This document shows positions 16,480 through 30,499 of a DNA stretch of 64,000 nucleotides, one piece after another. A program made the position numbers and the translations under genes. The notes beneath the pieces were generated by a model. That model was not told the origin of the DNA. It saw nothing but the letters and a program-made list of their open reading frames with translations, and searched no databases. Each line of letters begins with the position of its first letter. The stretch's first letter is position 1. The DNA comes from Callorhinchus milii (lineage: Eukaryota): positions 48,112,001 to 48,176,000 of the forward strand of contig NW_024704743.1 in the NCBI RefSeq assembly GCF_018977255.1. Reading direction: 5' to 3'.

Positions 16480-16644
16480 ATCATTGGTGTATTTCCTTAT
16501 CCGGGGCCCACAGGCAGTCACCCCATTGGTTGACTGCATCACATGAACAACTAACTTTGTACACTTGACAGCAAGTAGGAGGGTTCTTATGGAACAGAAA
16601 AACGACAACGCGAGAAAAATTAGTATTTTGCACTTCAGAAATTA
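16480..16644 (+). promoter_or_regulatory. Hoxa4 proximal promoter / leader
   Basis: ATTGG 16525, CACATG 16540, and the PG4-typical AAGTAGGAGGG...AGAAATTAATG leader. Confidence 0.75.
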
Positions 16645-17741
16645 ATGACCATGAGTTCGTTTTTGATAAACTCCAACTACGTTGAGCCAAAATTTCCACC
16701 TTGTGAGGAATATTCTCAAAATAACTACATACCAAGCCAGTCTCCAGAATACTACGAGCGGCCGCGGGACACTGGATTCCATCATGAGGCACTATACCCA
16801 CAATCAAACTACCCAGAGCCGACCTACAGCTTCAACAATGTCCAAGGCAGTGGCAACCGAGACATGTCGCAAAGAGGTCATGTGCAGTCGCAGGCTAGTC
16901 TCCAAAATCACATACCGAGACAGAATCAGCTTTGTGAAGTGGTCCCAGTAGCCACACCAGCTTTGTGTAGCCAGAACGCGAAAATCCCCACTACCCAGAA
17001 AGGTACTCCCAGCAAAGAGCCTATAGTTTACCCGTGGATGAAGAAAATTCACGTTACCACCGGTAAGTAACTAAAAGCTGACTGAAGCAATTCAAAATCA
17101 CTTGAAATCGGATGTGCGGAACCCTTTTCTGTAACCTAGCCCTTTCATGAGATTTACGATCACCTAACTGTTAGGTCGGTAATTACAGCGCCCATAAATT
17201 TTATTGCCCTGGATCTTGCTCCTGGCCATGTGTCTTTGATGCTTTTCTAACCTAAAAACACAGGGCCATTTTATTGCAGTAGATTGTTCTCCGTTGTCAG
17301 TACCCCTTGAAAGAAAAAGTCTCGTCTTTTATAACCTTCATTCACGTGCATCTAATCCCATTGTCAGATTCGTGTCTGTATCTGTACTTATGTTTGGTTA
17401 CTTTTTTTTGTTCAGTGAACCCAAATTACATTGGAGGGGAGCCCAAACGGTCTCGAACTGCTTACACCAGACAGCAAGTCTTAGAGCTGGAGAAGGAGTT
17501 CCATTTTAACCGTTACCTAACCAGGCGTCGACGCATTGAGATTGCACACACTCTTTGCCTGTCTGAACGCCAGGTGAAGATCTGGTTTCAGAACAGAAGG
17601 ATGAAATGGAAGAAAGATCACAAACTACCTAACACTAAGATGCGTTCTGCTAGCTCATCATCTTCTGCCAGCCAGCAATCACAAGTATCCTCTCATGGCC
17701 CTCAGCCAGATGGTTCAACACCAAATTCATCAAGTCTATAG
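16645..17741 (+). CDS. hoxa4: Homeobox protein Hox-A4, join(16645..17062,17416..17741), 247 aa
   Basis: [24 protein letters not shown] start and [13 protein letters not shown]. Donor G|GTAAGT at 17063 and acceptor TTCAG| at 17415. PG4 homeodomain [14 protein letters not shown]... followed by [12 protein letters not shown]. Confidence 0.97.
17145..17210 (+). promoter_or_regulatory. Hox4 intronic HB1-type homeodomain/Cdx binding cluster
   Basis: TTTACGA...TAATTAC...CCATAAATTTTATTG near the 5' end of the Hoxa4 intron, the arrangement known from PG4 introns. Confidence 0.7.
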
Positions 17742-20328
17742 CTGATTCAAGTCTCCAACCCCTCTCCCACAACATAGTTTGGACCAAAATGTGTTTCCTA
17801 CATAACAAAACTTGAATATGGAGCGATTTCGTGCAGGGTACATGTTCTTAACTCCAAAAGAGACAGACATTTATATTATGTTAACCCATTCTTCACGGAC
17901 TCTCAGAGCCTTTCTGTATGATTGGGTACATGTTGTATCCTCCATTACCTCACAGTAACCGTTGTTGGGGTTTGTCAGTGTGCTTTCTTCCTCCATGAAA
18001 CCCAAAGCAAAATGAGCAACAGACATTGAATAATAGATATTGTGGAGAACTGTAAGCGTCATTATTTCAACTTGTGTAGTCTGTTGGAATATTTTGTGAG
18101 GTCTGTAAGAATAAATCTGTTTTAGTAAGCGAGGGAGACAGCAATATGATTTTGTGGATATCGGATAAGTGTTAAACCGAATGAAACTGTCCAAATGCTA
18201 CATATAGGAAATAAATTATGTCACCAGCGTTATTTAAGGTGTTTTTTTATTATTATTTTAAACATGTATCCTCTATAGAGTTATGGTACCGGAATCAGTA
18301 TAGCAAATGTTAAAGCAGAGATTTCAGGCGAGTTGTATATTTAACAATCTTGGTACAGTCCAAACTGTGACGAAACCATACAAATCATTGGTAAGATTTG
18401 TGTATATTTCTGTGGATATTTCAGTGTACTATGTGCAGTGCCAAATGTTGCAAAAGCAAAAGACACGAGCTGCAGTGTAAAAGAAAGCCCGTAAATTTAA
18501 ATAAAATATTAATTCATGGAACATCACATTTCTTATGTGTACGATTTACTTCGTGTCAGGATTTAACAAAACAGTAATGTCTTCTACTCCAAAACGTGAC
18601 TATGCATTTCAATGCGTTATATTTTTGTTTATATTGTTATTTTCAAAATAAAAAGCAGCTCTAAAACTCTGCTGCAAAATATCTTGCGTGGTTCTGAAGA
18701 ATAAATGGGTGAAAGAGGATGAGTTACTGCCTGGATCCACAATTCGTCTTTTGCAGCTTTTCCACATCAATTTCTACGTCACCAAGTCGTAAATAATGCA
18801 GTAAAATGTGAAGCGATTAAATAATAAGTGATCTATGTGGTGAAGAGCACAGCCTTTTATAGCCCCGAATGTTATATTTGAAATCCTAGAATACAGTATA
18901 ATTGTGTTGCTTTCTTATGTAGATAGATAAACGTTGTATCTTGTTGTGTTTTCTCACACAATCAAACATTTAGAGTAGTAATGACTTTCAAATAAAAAGA
19001 TATACAAAATCAAGTATTGGGATCATCTTGCCTTTTATTGCTCATATATAAATTGCCATATATATCAGATGAAGTATACTATCAATGTATGCCAGTAATT
19101 GATTTCTTTCAGGACTACCCAAATACACTGACTGACGCGGTTAAAATGTGGAGTCGGCGGTTAAACAAATAAGATTCTTTACTAAATATAATATTTGAGC
19201 ATATAACTGCCAGCTGTACTGTGTTTGATAATTCTGTTGTGGACAGTTATATGGACTGCTACAAAACACAAGTAGTAGGAAACCGAAAAAAAACTCTAGC
19301 GATTTATTTATAACAAGCAATACCTTTTCTACGAAACCATCTTATCGATTTCGATATGTCTACATGTCGTGTCTACCCATTAAAAACGCAAAACAACCAG
19401 ATTCGTTCAAACCTTTCCCTTTCATCTCCAAATAATGCAATTAAGAAGGAATATAGTTCAATGTACAGAGCACACGACTGTTTCAGTACTGGGAAAATCT
19501 CACTCCTTTTATTCAATATATTGAGTGTATTTTTTTCTTCTATAAACTATTTTATAAAAGTGAACATTCGGAAATCATGCCACATTTTTCACATGCATTT
19601 CAATCAAATCGTTGTGTAGTAATGTTAGTGAAATAGACTCACGTTCCACTTTCCAATCTTTTGGGGAGGACAAAAGTCGCTGAAAACGCAAGGAATGATT
19701 TATTTTTTATACAAATGCCAAAGAAGAATCGCGTCTAATCGTTATCAGCCACTTTATATATATGTCCTGTAAAATTACTTTAACGCGATTGCGAATAATC
19801 ATTTAAAGGTTAGGACGATGAGAAAATGGAGCTCCACTAGGCAGCCGTAGTTTGCTTATCTGTAAAAGGCATTTTAAACCGATTGAAAATACCAGATTTT
19901 ACCCAGAATCATTAATCACCTCATTCAATAAATACTTCTTTGTATACTTCAACAGCAAGTCTGAAGGGCGTTCTTTTGGAAAAGTGTGTGTGGACACACT
20001 GGATTCTCCTGAATAAAATGTGGCCATCTCGTCTCACACCATGCGTTTATCTTGGAACAGTTCTGCAGGTTCTGGGTGGACTATATTCATTACTGCGCAT
20101 ATTGTCAAAGACAAAAGGTAAATTACAGTACTTATAAAACGCCTGTTCTAATGTTTTTTTAAAAAAAATGATCGAGCCTTTAGCAAATGAAGTCAAATTG
20201 TTTGCGTTACCACTTGTTTGTTTCCGTCTGATGCTTTTTTAAAAGTTTTTTTTTCTCTCTTGTACATCGAACGTCCTTTTGCAATAAGAAGTTTCATTGT
20301 TTGTCAACGGCGAGAGGGCCATCAGATG

Positions 20329-20345
20329 AGTTCACCAAGAGGACA
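20329..20345 (+). promoter_or_regulatory. DR5 RARE 3' of Hoxa4
   Basis: AGTTCA-ccaag-AGGACA, the half-site pattern and position of the Hox4 3' neural enhancer RAREs. Confidence 0.75.
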
Positions 20346-20530
20346 AATTTTCTGACCGATTAGCTGTTTTTAGCGTTGCAGACTGACCCCTCAAACCCTT
20401 GACCTTTAAAAAGATGGACAGTCTTCTTTCTTCCATTTCCTAGGCCTTTAGCGGGGGGAAGAAAACACCTCCTTACAAAAAAGCAACAAAAAATAAAAAA
20501 AAACTCTTCTTTTAACGTGATGCATTCCTT

Positions 20531-20534
<4 letters not shown>

Positions 20535-20568
<34 letters not shown>
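20535..20568. repeat. (AG)17 microsatellite
   Basis: Uninterrupted AG run seen directly. Confidence 0.95.
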
Positions 20569-20574
<6 letters not shown>

Positions 20575-23500
20575 AAGACTATATATATTTTACGGTGTAG
20601 CATGTATTGGTGGAAGGAGCACCCGCTGATAATTTATTCACAGGCTCGGGTATCTGTTTAAATATGTTTTATATATGTTAAGAAACAGTGCTTTCCTAAA
20701 TGTTTTGGTTAATTTTTCTTTATAAAGTTAATGGTCGTCACGATTTTTTAAAAAAGTGTCCAATCATTCACTTGTTACTCTGTGACAATTCACCTTTTTT
20801 GGGGGGTTCTATTGTTCTGACTTTTTTAAATGAGGGATATATTGTATTCTTTGCATCAAGCACATGCCGTTTCTTTACACATATATATATAATCATATTA
20901 CATATATTTACAAATCAGTAATCAATGCATATATAATATGCATAGATTATTGTTTATATATTTTAGCCAATATATATTTTTAATGTCCAGATTTCTTTTG
21001 TGGATTAAAATGCAGAAAAGCGAGTGTAGGTCAATCGTTTCACCAATCTTCAAAAATCCTAGTAAGAGTTCGTAAAACTGATTTAAAAAAATCTGGCTAA
21101 ATTCCCACTAATTATTCAGTTCATTGACAATAGTTTCTTATCAGCTGACTATCCTGCACAGCGTTATTTGCCATTGTTAACAGAATGCAATAATGATAAT
21201 TGTGGATTCCCCAAAACGATGAGATAGAAAAAACTGTTGAAAATTTGGATGATGTAACAAAATATCGACTGTGGCAAAAGAAGAGTCGATTTAGTGTCAA
21301 ATTCAGCAGCCTTGCGGGGATGCAGCCACATATGAAAGAGTAGCCTTACATGTGACTGTTATATGTGGGAATTACTGTAACATTGAGCTTCAATATCAAA
21401 ACTGTCAAGCAGACAATAAAGACAGCTTGAAGAAATGCACAAGAATATTGGGTTGAGGCAGCTCGAAGTATAGGTGACATTACATGGCAGCCCTGTCAAA
21501 TGTGGGATCAGCGCCGGCCAGTCAATGTTGCATGATCGCTTACCAGCGAGCATCCAAAGACTAAAAGAAAGTAAGACCAATAAAGATTCGAGCAAGAAGA
21601 GGCGAGAGAGAGAAAAAAAACCCTCCACTCTCCAAGATGAAGGGTCACGCGTCTCCTCTGTGTATGTATTGAAATTTTAATCTCCCCAGTCACGTGACTC
21701 ATTAAATAATTAATGCAGCCGGTCCGGAATAGATATGTAGTCGTCAGTATTCGCACTAGATCTGTTTCAGTCTGATGTGAAAATGAACTTTCCTTAAAAA
21801 ATAAGTCTATAATTGGAAGACAGGTGTTCTTAGAAAGAGGAGAGACACAAGTCAGGCAAGAATTGCGGTGAGTAGTGCCTGTGTGATCCGCGCTTTATTC
21901 TGTTTATGTTTTTACAATTTTTTTATTTCTAAAGACTGTCATAAATGTGATGAATAGCGCCCTTTAGTATTCAGATCTAAATCACGGCATGTCTGTGATG
22001 GTGTTTAGTCAGTCTCTCGCGTGTCAGTAATATTTTAGATTTTTTTCATGATTAATTGCAACAAATACAAACACATATGATGATGTTCTAGTTCACAGTA
22101 TGTATGCCTGGATACCACGGTGTAGCTGTGCTGCTTTGTTCAATTTTCCTGTCGTTAATAAATCACCATCTCTTACATGCGCAGGACTGAGAGGCAACTG
22201 TAGGCAACACCGTTTGGAAATGAAGAGGCATAAGCTAAATTCCTCTATGATTCATTAATTTGAGCGATTTACAATAAGTGGCAGAGTTATGGTGCTCCAA
22301 CAAATGCACTAACAGGTGTAATTTTGAGCAAAGTGCTGCACTTATTCTGGCCATGTCCCCCCTTCCCTTGTGCATGAAAATAGCGTAACAATGAAATGGA
22401 CAATGCAAACAAAACTAGAGACGTTCACAGAAACGTTTGTCTTTATTGTGTTTTAGGACAAATTTCCGGGCCTCTTTATTGCCCAAATCCCTATTTAATA
22501 CGTTACTAGTATAACCACTGAACACATTTGGAAGCAGTTCACTCTCATAAAAAGATACATTTGTTCCATTCAATGATCTTGGTTTTATTTAAGAGATACA
22601 TTTGATGTTCTTACCTGATGGTTGTATATCTAGAGAATGTGTATTGTTTGTACTCATAATTAAATACTGTTCGCAATATTTACAATAAAAGCTCGTTAGT
22701 AAAAGCACAGTACTTAATTAAATATCTAGTCAAGTACGTTTTATTGTTTGTAGCATTGTCTATGATCAATCAAAACAGGTTGATGGCAATGGAATAAGGG
22801 CTGGTACAATGTTTTCAGATTCTGTTACGGCGTTCTTTAAAAGACTTGCAATTGAAACCATCTCCTAGAATAAAACAAGACAAATAGATTATGAGTTATG
22901 ATTAAACAATCAATTATTATTGGATCAGTTTTCATGGCAAAACATGTATTTTTGTTTCTATCTAGGCGCCCCTGTGTCCAGAAACAAGACTGCTTCCTGG
23001 ATAGTGTGACAGGGCACAGGAATGGGCTTGTGCCTGAACTAGAGAGGTAAAATATTTCAATTTTGCTTGCAATATGGGAATCGAATGCTTGATTTCAGAT
23101 GTTTCCTTTATATAGTGGAACAGGTGGTTTTGAACTGCTGTTCATCAGAAAGATGGAACTCTAAATGAAAATGTAGTTTCTTTTTGCAGCTCTGGTATAG
23201 GATGCACTAGGCAGACCATATTCCCTCCATGCTAAAATGTATTGCCAAGTTGTAAAAGGTAGTCATGGAGTCATTTCAGAGTGTCAATTCGGTGGTGATT
23301 TAAAGGAACAAAAGCCTAGGGTACTTCCTTTGTTTGGAGTTCACAGCAACCTCCAAGAATCCACTGGAGATACAAACATACAGCTTGATTTGCTTTAATT
23401 AAAATTGCAATAATTAACTATTTTTGGAAAGGAAGGGTTGCTTTGACTGCACTGGTATCGAGTTATACATTTGACTCATAACTCAGTATAAATTTGAAAG

Positions 23501-26500
23501 CTATTAAAAAGATTGACAGAAATCCTACAAGGCAACAATTTTCTTTTCCATGTTATTTCTGTTAGATTGCCAGTCTCAAGCATACCAACATTTCATGGCT
23601 GATAGTCCACTTGATACATAGTAACAGCGAAATATTTCAAGGGATTGTACCCTAGTGTCTGTTTTTATACAGTAATATGAAAATAGTGATATGAATCTAT
23701 TTTGAATTAATGGATAGCACGCGGATCCTCGGCTACGGCTTTATATTGAAAAGGTCTGAAGTCAATTTTCTGGAAATTGAGTTAAAATAAAACAGGGTTT
23801 CTTTGTTTATTTTTTGTGAAACTGGTGACGAAAATAGAAATAGGAAACAATACGTGCAAGTTATTTCCGTGCCATCTGGTCTAAAATAAATCTAGATCTG
23901 TCCACTTTGATTTACGTATTTGTTAAACGCAAAATGATTTTAAATATGTTGAAGCTTTTAAACCTGGGTCATTGGAAATGCCGTATAAATAGAATCTCGG
24001 CGGGTGATGCATTTTATAGCGTGTAAAACAATAGTTCTTTTTTATCTACAACAAATAGGGGAAAATATCTAATTGAAAAAAGGGAGAAAGGAAATTTCAC
24101 AAGTAGGTTAAAGACGGAGAAGCGGCTAAGCGGACGAAAATGGGATTGTCGGATGAAACGGCACAAAGCACCTTTAATCCGCCCACGACTCCATAAACAA
24201 TGTGTTGGACAATGCATACGTTAGAGGTAATATTTTACCTGTAGCAAATAGGAATAAATAAAGGTGATGAGCTTTGCAAGTCTCAGCCTGCTAAGAAAAC
24301 TCAAATTTCTGGGTTAATTTAAAGTACCGTTTGATAACGAGAGTCGTTTTACTGCTCAGAATGGGCAGGGCAATAAATTACTCTGCTTTAATGCTTTGTT
24401 GTGATGGGTTTGTCAATTACACCCGCATGTAGAAATATCTGTTTCTTCTAGCGCCACGCTTAAAATAAAAACAAAAAGATTTAACAGACTGTTTTTTTGA
24501 AAAAAATACTTTCAGATATCTTCATCTTAAAGATTGTAATGTTTATGTTGAAAGAAAATTATTTCATCGCGGCCATTGCTTTGCCTAACGATTTCCAGTG
24601 CTCCAACCCGTCGACCCTTTTCTAATCAGATCAGCGTCTAATGTTTCATCCAATTATGTTTCTGCAGTTTATTTACCAGTTTCAGAGACCAGTGTTATCA
24701 TGTTAAGGGTTTCTTCATTCAAAGTAGGCAAAGGAAACGAATTTTATTGAACTACGTTTGTGCACTAACATAGTTGCATATCTTTTGAATGTAAGTCTAG
24801 TTTCTATCCATAACTTTATATTTGGTATATATTAATATCAAACGTGGTTGAACTAAATAAATATAAAAACGACAGTAAAATAAAAGCGAGTGGCAGTGAC
24901 GACTGTTCAGATTCTATGTACTCTGCCCCACGGCTTTAGTCTTACCTTACCAATCCACTGAGACTTACCACAGAAACTTTATTGTACGTGGCTAATAACC
25001 AGGATTTGATCCAGATTCTGCAAACAATTATTTTAAGTCACGTGAACGGATTCCATAAGGTTTTTTCCCCCCTCGATTTGGCCCTGCTTGTTTGCTGGAC
25101 ATTCTCTGTCTCTCACTTGAATGCATAGTTCTCATAGTAAATCAGTATCTCAGACTTCTGCAGAAACCTATGAGGAAAAACAGTCCAGCATTTGCAAGAC
25201 GGCGAGACAGTTCTAAAAGAGCTGGCCTTCATTTTTCGGCTTCCTTGATTTCAAAGGGCATTGCAAGACTGCAAGGAAAAGCTGCCTCGAGTAAACACAA
25301 AGCCATAGATTTTAAGGAGTCGAATAGTCTGAAGACTGCAGACACTTTACTGTGCATTGAAAGTGTATGCCCTTTAAAGTAGATTCTTAATATCACAACG
25401 ATATTTGTCTATCCTTTGATACTGCTTTCGGATATGACTGAAGTGGCAGGTAAGGTGTAAGACTTCTTTTTAGCTCTGTCTATATGCATTCAGGGTGAAT
25501 TCCAGTCCAGATTGTAATTAATGGTGCAAAACTTGACCTAAGGAAAGGAAAGCCATTGGTTATCTCAGGACCGATAGCCCCCTTTCTAGTAATCTTTCTT
25601 TCTAATGCAATTGAGTTGTAGTTGTGGCTTCCGATCTCTCATTGATGCATTTGGGATTTTTCACAACTTTGTTCTAACATGCAAAATTCTGAAGAAATGT
25701 AACCTTTCGTTGCCAAAACACAACGACTAGTTAAAAGGACTTTTAGCCTTAAGAAGCATCTGTGAATTGTGATGGTGATTTATTGCCCGGACGAGTTCTG
25801 CTCGCCCAACGCTGCAAGTCCTAAAGGCATGTTTTAACTTTAGACGTAGAATAGTGGATAACGTTCTACACCGCAAGTTTCTTTAGATTTGCTCAATTTG
25901 TAGAAATGTGACTTAATCGTGGGAAGCGACTATATATTTCAAATAGTTTTGGTGTGAAAACGTTGAACTCCTTCACTTAGGTCCTCTTCTCAGCTTTCAT
26001 CAATTATTCATTAACGTTTTACGTTGTTTGTTAAAAGTTAAACTAAGGCTTTACTGAAAGGCATGGATTTTGTTCGCCGAGTAAAGATCGTGGTGTGAGT
26101 GAAAACCTTTATACTGTCCACCAACAACGAGAGACCAATACATTCTCTTAAATTCTGTACAGTGAGGTTCGATGCTACAGTAAAATCGGTAATTTAACTC
26201 ATTCCATCCGCCTTCCTTCGTGCAACAAAAATGGAAGAGGGGAAGGATCTAAATAAGTTTTAATATGTGCTGTTCTTTTAGTGTGGAACATGAAATCATC
26301 CCATGATTAACTCTGGAGCAAATTACTGCTTACATGACGGAATAATTTGTTTTATTTCTTCTTTGAAAAATAATTATTTACACTGTGTAAAACAGAGTAC
26401 AATAAGTAACCTATAGTCAATTTGTATATGATGGACCAACAAGAAAGTAGGACTGACTGGTTTCAGATAGTAGTTAGTAAATATTAGTAAAATGAGTTTA

Positions 26501-29500
26501 GGGGCAAAGAGTGCAGAAAGGAATAGAAATAAACGGGCGATGTTAAGTTCAGGATACGTGCAAGAGGTATTTTGGAAGTAAATTTTAATTGAGAATAGAA
26601 ATACATCAGTTATTGTTCTCTCAAATTATAGGCTTTCAAAACTTCAGTTGAACAAATATGAAGCTCTAGGTGTATTTTTTTTCTGATATCACTGTGAGTT
26701 GTTCCTCTTCCAAACTTTTAATACGTGTTGCACAAAATAAATGTTAAAATTATCTCTCTATAGGAGTAAGATCCAGAGACTTCCTTAAATTCCATTAATG
26801 CACACTGGACACTTTGTCTTAATGTCTCCAAATCACGAGTACAATCTTATGTGTAACCGCTTTGGAAGTTTCTCCACAAGAAACCAATAATTCTGTGCAT
26901 CATTCAATTGGAAGGAAACGCGTAAGCACACATTTCGCACGAGAGTCCCCATAGACACGTTTTGCGACTCCACTAGAAAAAAAATCAGAACCCTCAAATC
27001 GCTGTCAAGTCCACTCCTCACCTCGTATTATTCTGACTAAACCCTGCTAAAGCCTTGTGTGACACTGCTTTGCCATTGTCAGGTAATGATAAGCCTTTTC
27101 TACTTTCCATAACTATCCCGGTGTAACGTGTGGGTGTTAAGCAAGCTCTGTACAATAGCGCTCTAAAGCTCGTTCAGGAAAGGGAGATTCGCGTGCAAGC
27201 TTAACCATTGTGGCTCCCCCCTGCTAGTCCGGCAGGTTTTGCTCCAAAACGTGAAGTGCTTCATTTTTTATAGGTCGATTTAAACTCCTGCTTCTGGTTT
27301 TAGTGCTTTGCAAACAGTTATTGATCTGTGCCAAGTAGTTCAGTCTACAGACTCCGGATAGAGGTCTTTGACAGGAGAAACAGACGACACAACTTACCTT
27401 ATGGTGGATTTTTCTGCAAAGACTTATCGCGGAGGAAACGACCTGCTTCATCACTAAACTGTGCTTAAGAAACTTCCTAGGTTTTGTGGGGGGGTGGGGG
27501 GGGGGGGAAAGTTAGGTTTCGCCCGAAAAAAATGTTCCTTTAATTATTTCCCAAATTCAAATAAAAGGATTTAAGTTGACGTATGACCACGTGAGCACAT
27601 AATACAGCGCATTATTGTGGCATTTGGATCGGAGACCTATGCTGGCTTCGGCAGTGATTACGCTTTTCCACTTTCTGTTAAGAGCCAGCTATTTTCTTCT
27701 GAAGAAATTGCACTCTGGACGCTGGATTTCACATGAAGGATTATATGCGAGCGGGGAGATATGCTGCTTTTAGCGGAATGGATTTTATTTTGAGGTATTT
27801 CAAATGCTTCCGTTGATTGTTCATTAATGCGGTGAGTTATTGCTGTTCAAGGCAAAGGTCAGTGGAAAGGCTTACGGGTGTCAGATTGTGCCAGAACATG
27901 CTTAGTTTCCTCTTCTCTGCTAGCTTCAGCATATAATCAATTCCCAATAATACTTTCTCTTCGTATCGTACACCCAAAACACTTATTTTATGGAACATTT
28001 TATGGAACATGTGCATGTCTTTATTCCTTAAAAACAGAACCATTCACCGTTGAGAGCCTGTCAATGGCCGCTTTCTATCCGAATCCGGGCAAACAAAACA
28101 TCGTATTTTTAGCAGCTACGATTCAAAAGTCAAGATATCTGGATGCAATTGCTGTTATAATAACGATTGCTGTACCACATGAACATAAGTGGACACATAT
28201 ACATTCTGACAATTTATTCATTATGGAGCCATTGTCCGTCCATTTTAGAAATCCAGTGAGCTAGTTTGTAATTTGTAATACAGCATTATCTGTGGAACTG
28301 GGTTATTGTGCGGTTAGTTACTATGTGTAAGATGTTGAAATCTGAATGAATCGTATCTTTTAATGCACGGTTATAAAATATGTGTGACGTGAAATGATTT
28401 TATATAAAAAGACTAAGACAGTTCTTCAGGTGTTGATTTTTAAATCATTGTTGTCTAAAAATTGCCCTTTGTTCAACCTCTCTATCGTAGCATTTGATTA
28501 ATGTAAGACATAAGGCAGGCCGAATCGGGAATTATTTACTAGCAGGCCATCATTGCTTTGGAATATTGATTGCCTTGAGAATTCAACGAAATAAATTAAA
28601 AGGTGATACAACCCGAAGCAAACTGCCATTACTTTTTTTTAATACAAAAATAGAAAACATGCGCAATGAATAAAAAGGCAGGAAAAGCTCGTTATTTTTC
28701 GTTGTCGGTGCAAATGTTATATAAAATCGCATCCACGAGCGGGTCCTGCTCAGGAAAGGTCAGGATGTTGCAATTTGATTTATGTTTTCCGTGTGTTGGG
28801 ACACCCGTGCCAATGCAATCTGCTTTAACGAATGCTTTGCTTCTCTTTTGTATATAACTAACCACATTGGCAATTATTGATAGTCGCATCAGTATTTTAA
28901 TGCAAACATTCTAATAACAATAAAAGATAACATGAAAGAAAAAAAACGCAAATGAAAAAAGTTAATTTCTGCGCTCTATCCAGTCCTTGGCTACAGCATA
29001 TACATCAAGGAAATATATTGAGGGAAACTCACTACTTTGAAAACTGTAGTTTGTCAAAATATATATCACGTGTGTGCCATTAAGGTTATTGAGGTTGATC
29101 TACTTTCTTACTAGAATTTGAAGGTTCATTCTTTATTCCAACTCTTCTGCTATTGTTCCATTCCTGAATTTTATATGCGGGGTTTTGTATGACCAGAATA
29201 TGTACAGAAGACATTTTTTTGCAGACACATTTAAGATTTTGCTTGCAGTTCGGTTTCATATTGTTTCTTTTGATGTATGTCCGATTCTTATTGTGTTGTG
29301 ACGCAGTTGAACACACATAAGTATTGCAGTCCCATTGCGTAGTGTGTGAAAACAAGTGCTGGTTACATTAGTACACATATATTAAGGAATGCATAAATAA
29401 CTACATTTATTTAAAAAGTGCCCTATTTATGGTGGCGCACCATAAACATATATCGAAAATGCTATGTAATACACAAATTTTCATTTAATGAACCATTGGT

Positions 29501-30499
29501 TTGGGAGATTTCGTTCAATGCTTAATAAACGTCTTGGAAGATTTGTATCATTCAAGAGAACATATCGTTTTTTTAAAAAAACACAAATACACAAATCAGT
29601 TTGGCTTATGTCCCATGCCCCTTTATAATTCTGGTCGGCGAATTTTTACACGATTATCAGTTCTCCGGCGATTTTCTTTCACTCGGTGGAAATTAATCGT
29701 TTCTTGTTCCCGTTCCAGACTTTATCCCAAATAGACTCTGAACCCCGGGGCCCTTCAGTGAGACTGAACAAACTTTCGGTAAGTTTTAATATTTTCAAAT
29801 AAATAATACTGGCTACAAAACCGAACTGTAATAATTGCAAGGTGTTAGATTTATTACCCCACGGCAGGCAGACGGGGTGGCAAAACATCTAGTAAAAGCA
29901 TAATAGGCGATTATGGTTAAGTCACAAGTGCGTATTTACAACAGTTGGGATACATAACAGCGATAAATCACATATACAAATATTATATACAGCATACATT
30001 ACATACTGGAGAATAAATGCCAGGTTACATTATATAGCATATTGGCTTATCCAGCAACACTAGTCTTAAAAATGGCTGGCGGAAGTGTAAAGTTTCGGTT
30101 ATGGTCTTTCATGATATCTTTGAAATGGAAGTAACGTTTTTTTGCAATATAATGTCACTTAACACCTCGTAAAAAAAAAGAATTGGCACCTATCGCTTAG
30201 ATCAAACCAAACGTTCCCTCGGCTTACTTTCTCACCATAAAACTTCACAGCAGGCTGCAAGGGCGAGTCGTCAACACGAAACACGTAAAACATTTTCTCC
30301 TCTAGTATTTTGGTTTGCTACACCTCGACATTCTTTCGGTGATTTCTAGCGCAGACTGGTAACAAGCGCTGCGCTTTCGGGTTCTATCCGACCGCTTCTT
30401 AACTTGAAACAAACCGAACCACAGGAAAGGTTATTTGCCTCGTTTTTTTTGAAAAAAATCCAGCATTCTTTGGCGTTAGCTTTTTTTTTGCCGTCTTCC

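Noticed and set aside
5100-16600. miR-10 gene expected 5' of a Hox4 gene
   Set aside because: No TACCCTGTAGA(A/T)CCGAATTTG match found by eye; consistent with HoxA clusters generally lacking miR-10. An Infernal search would confirm.
27486-27507. G-run able to form a G-quadruplex
   Set aside because: Simple homopolymer of unreliable length with no supporting evidence of function.
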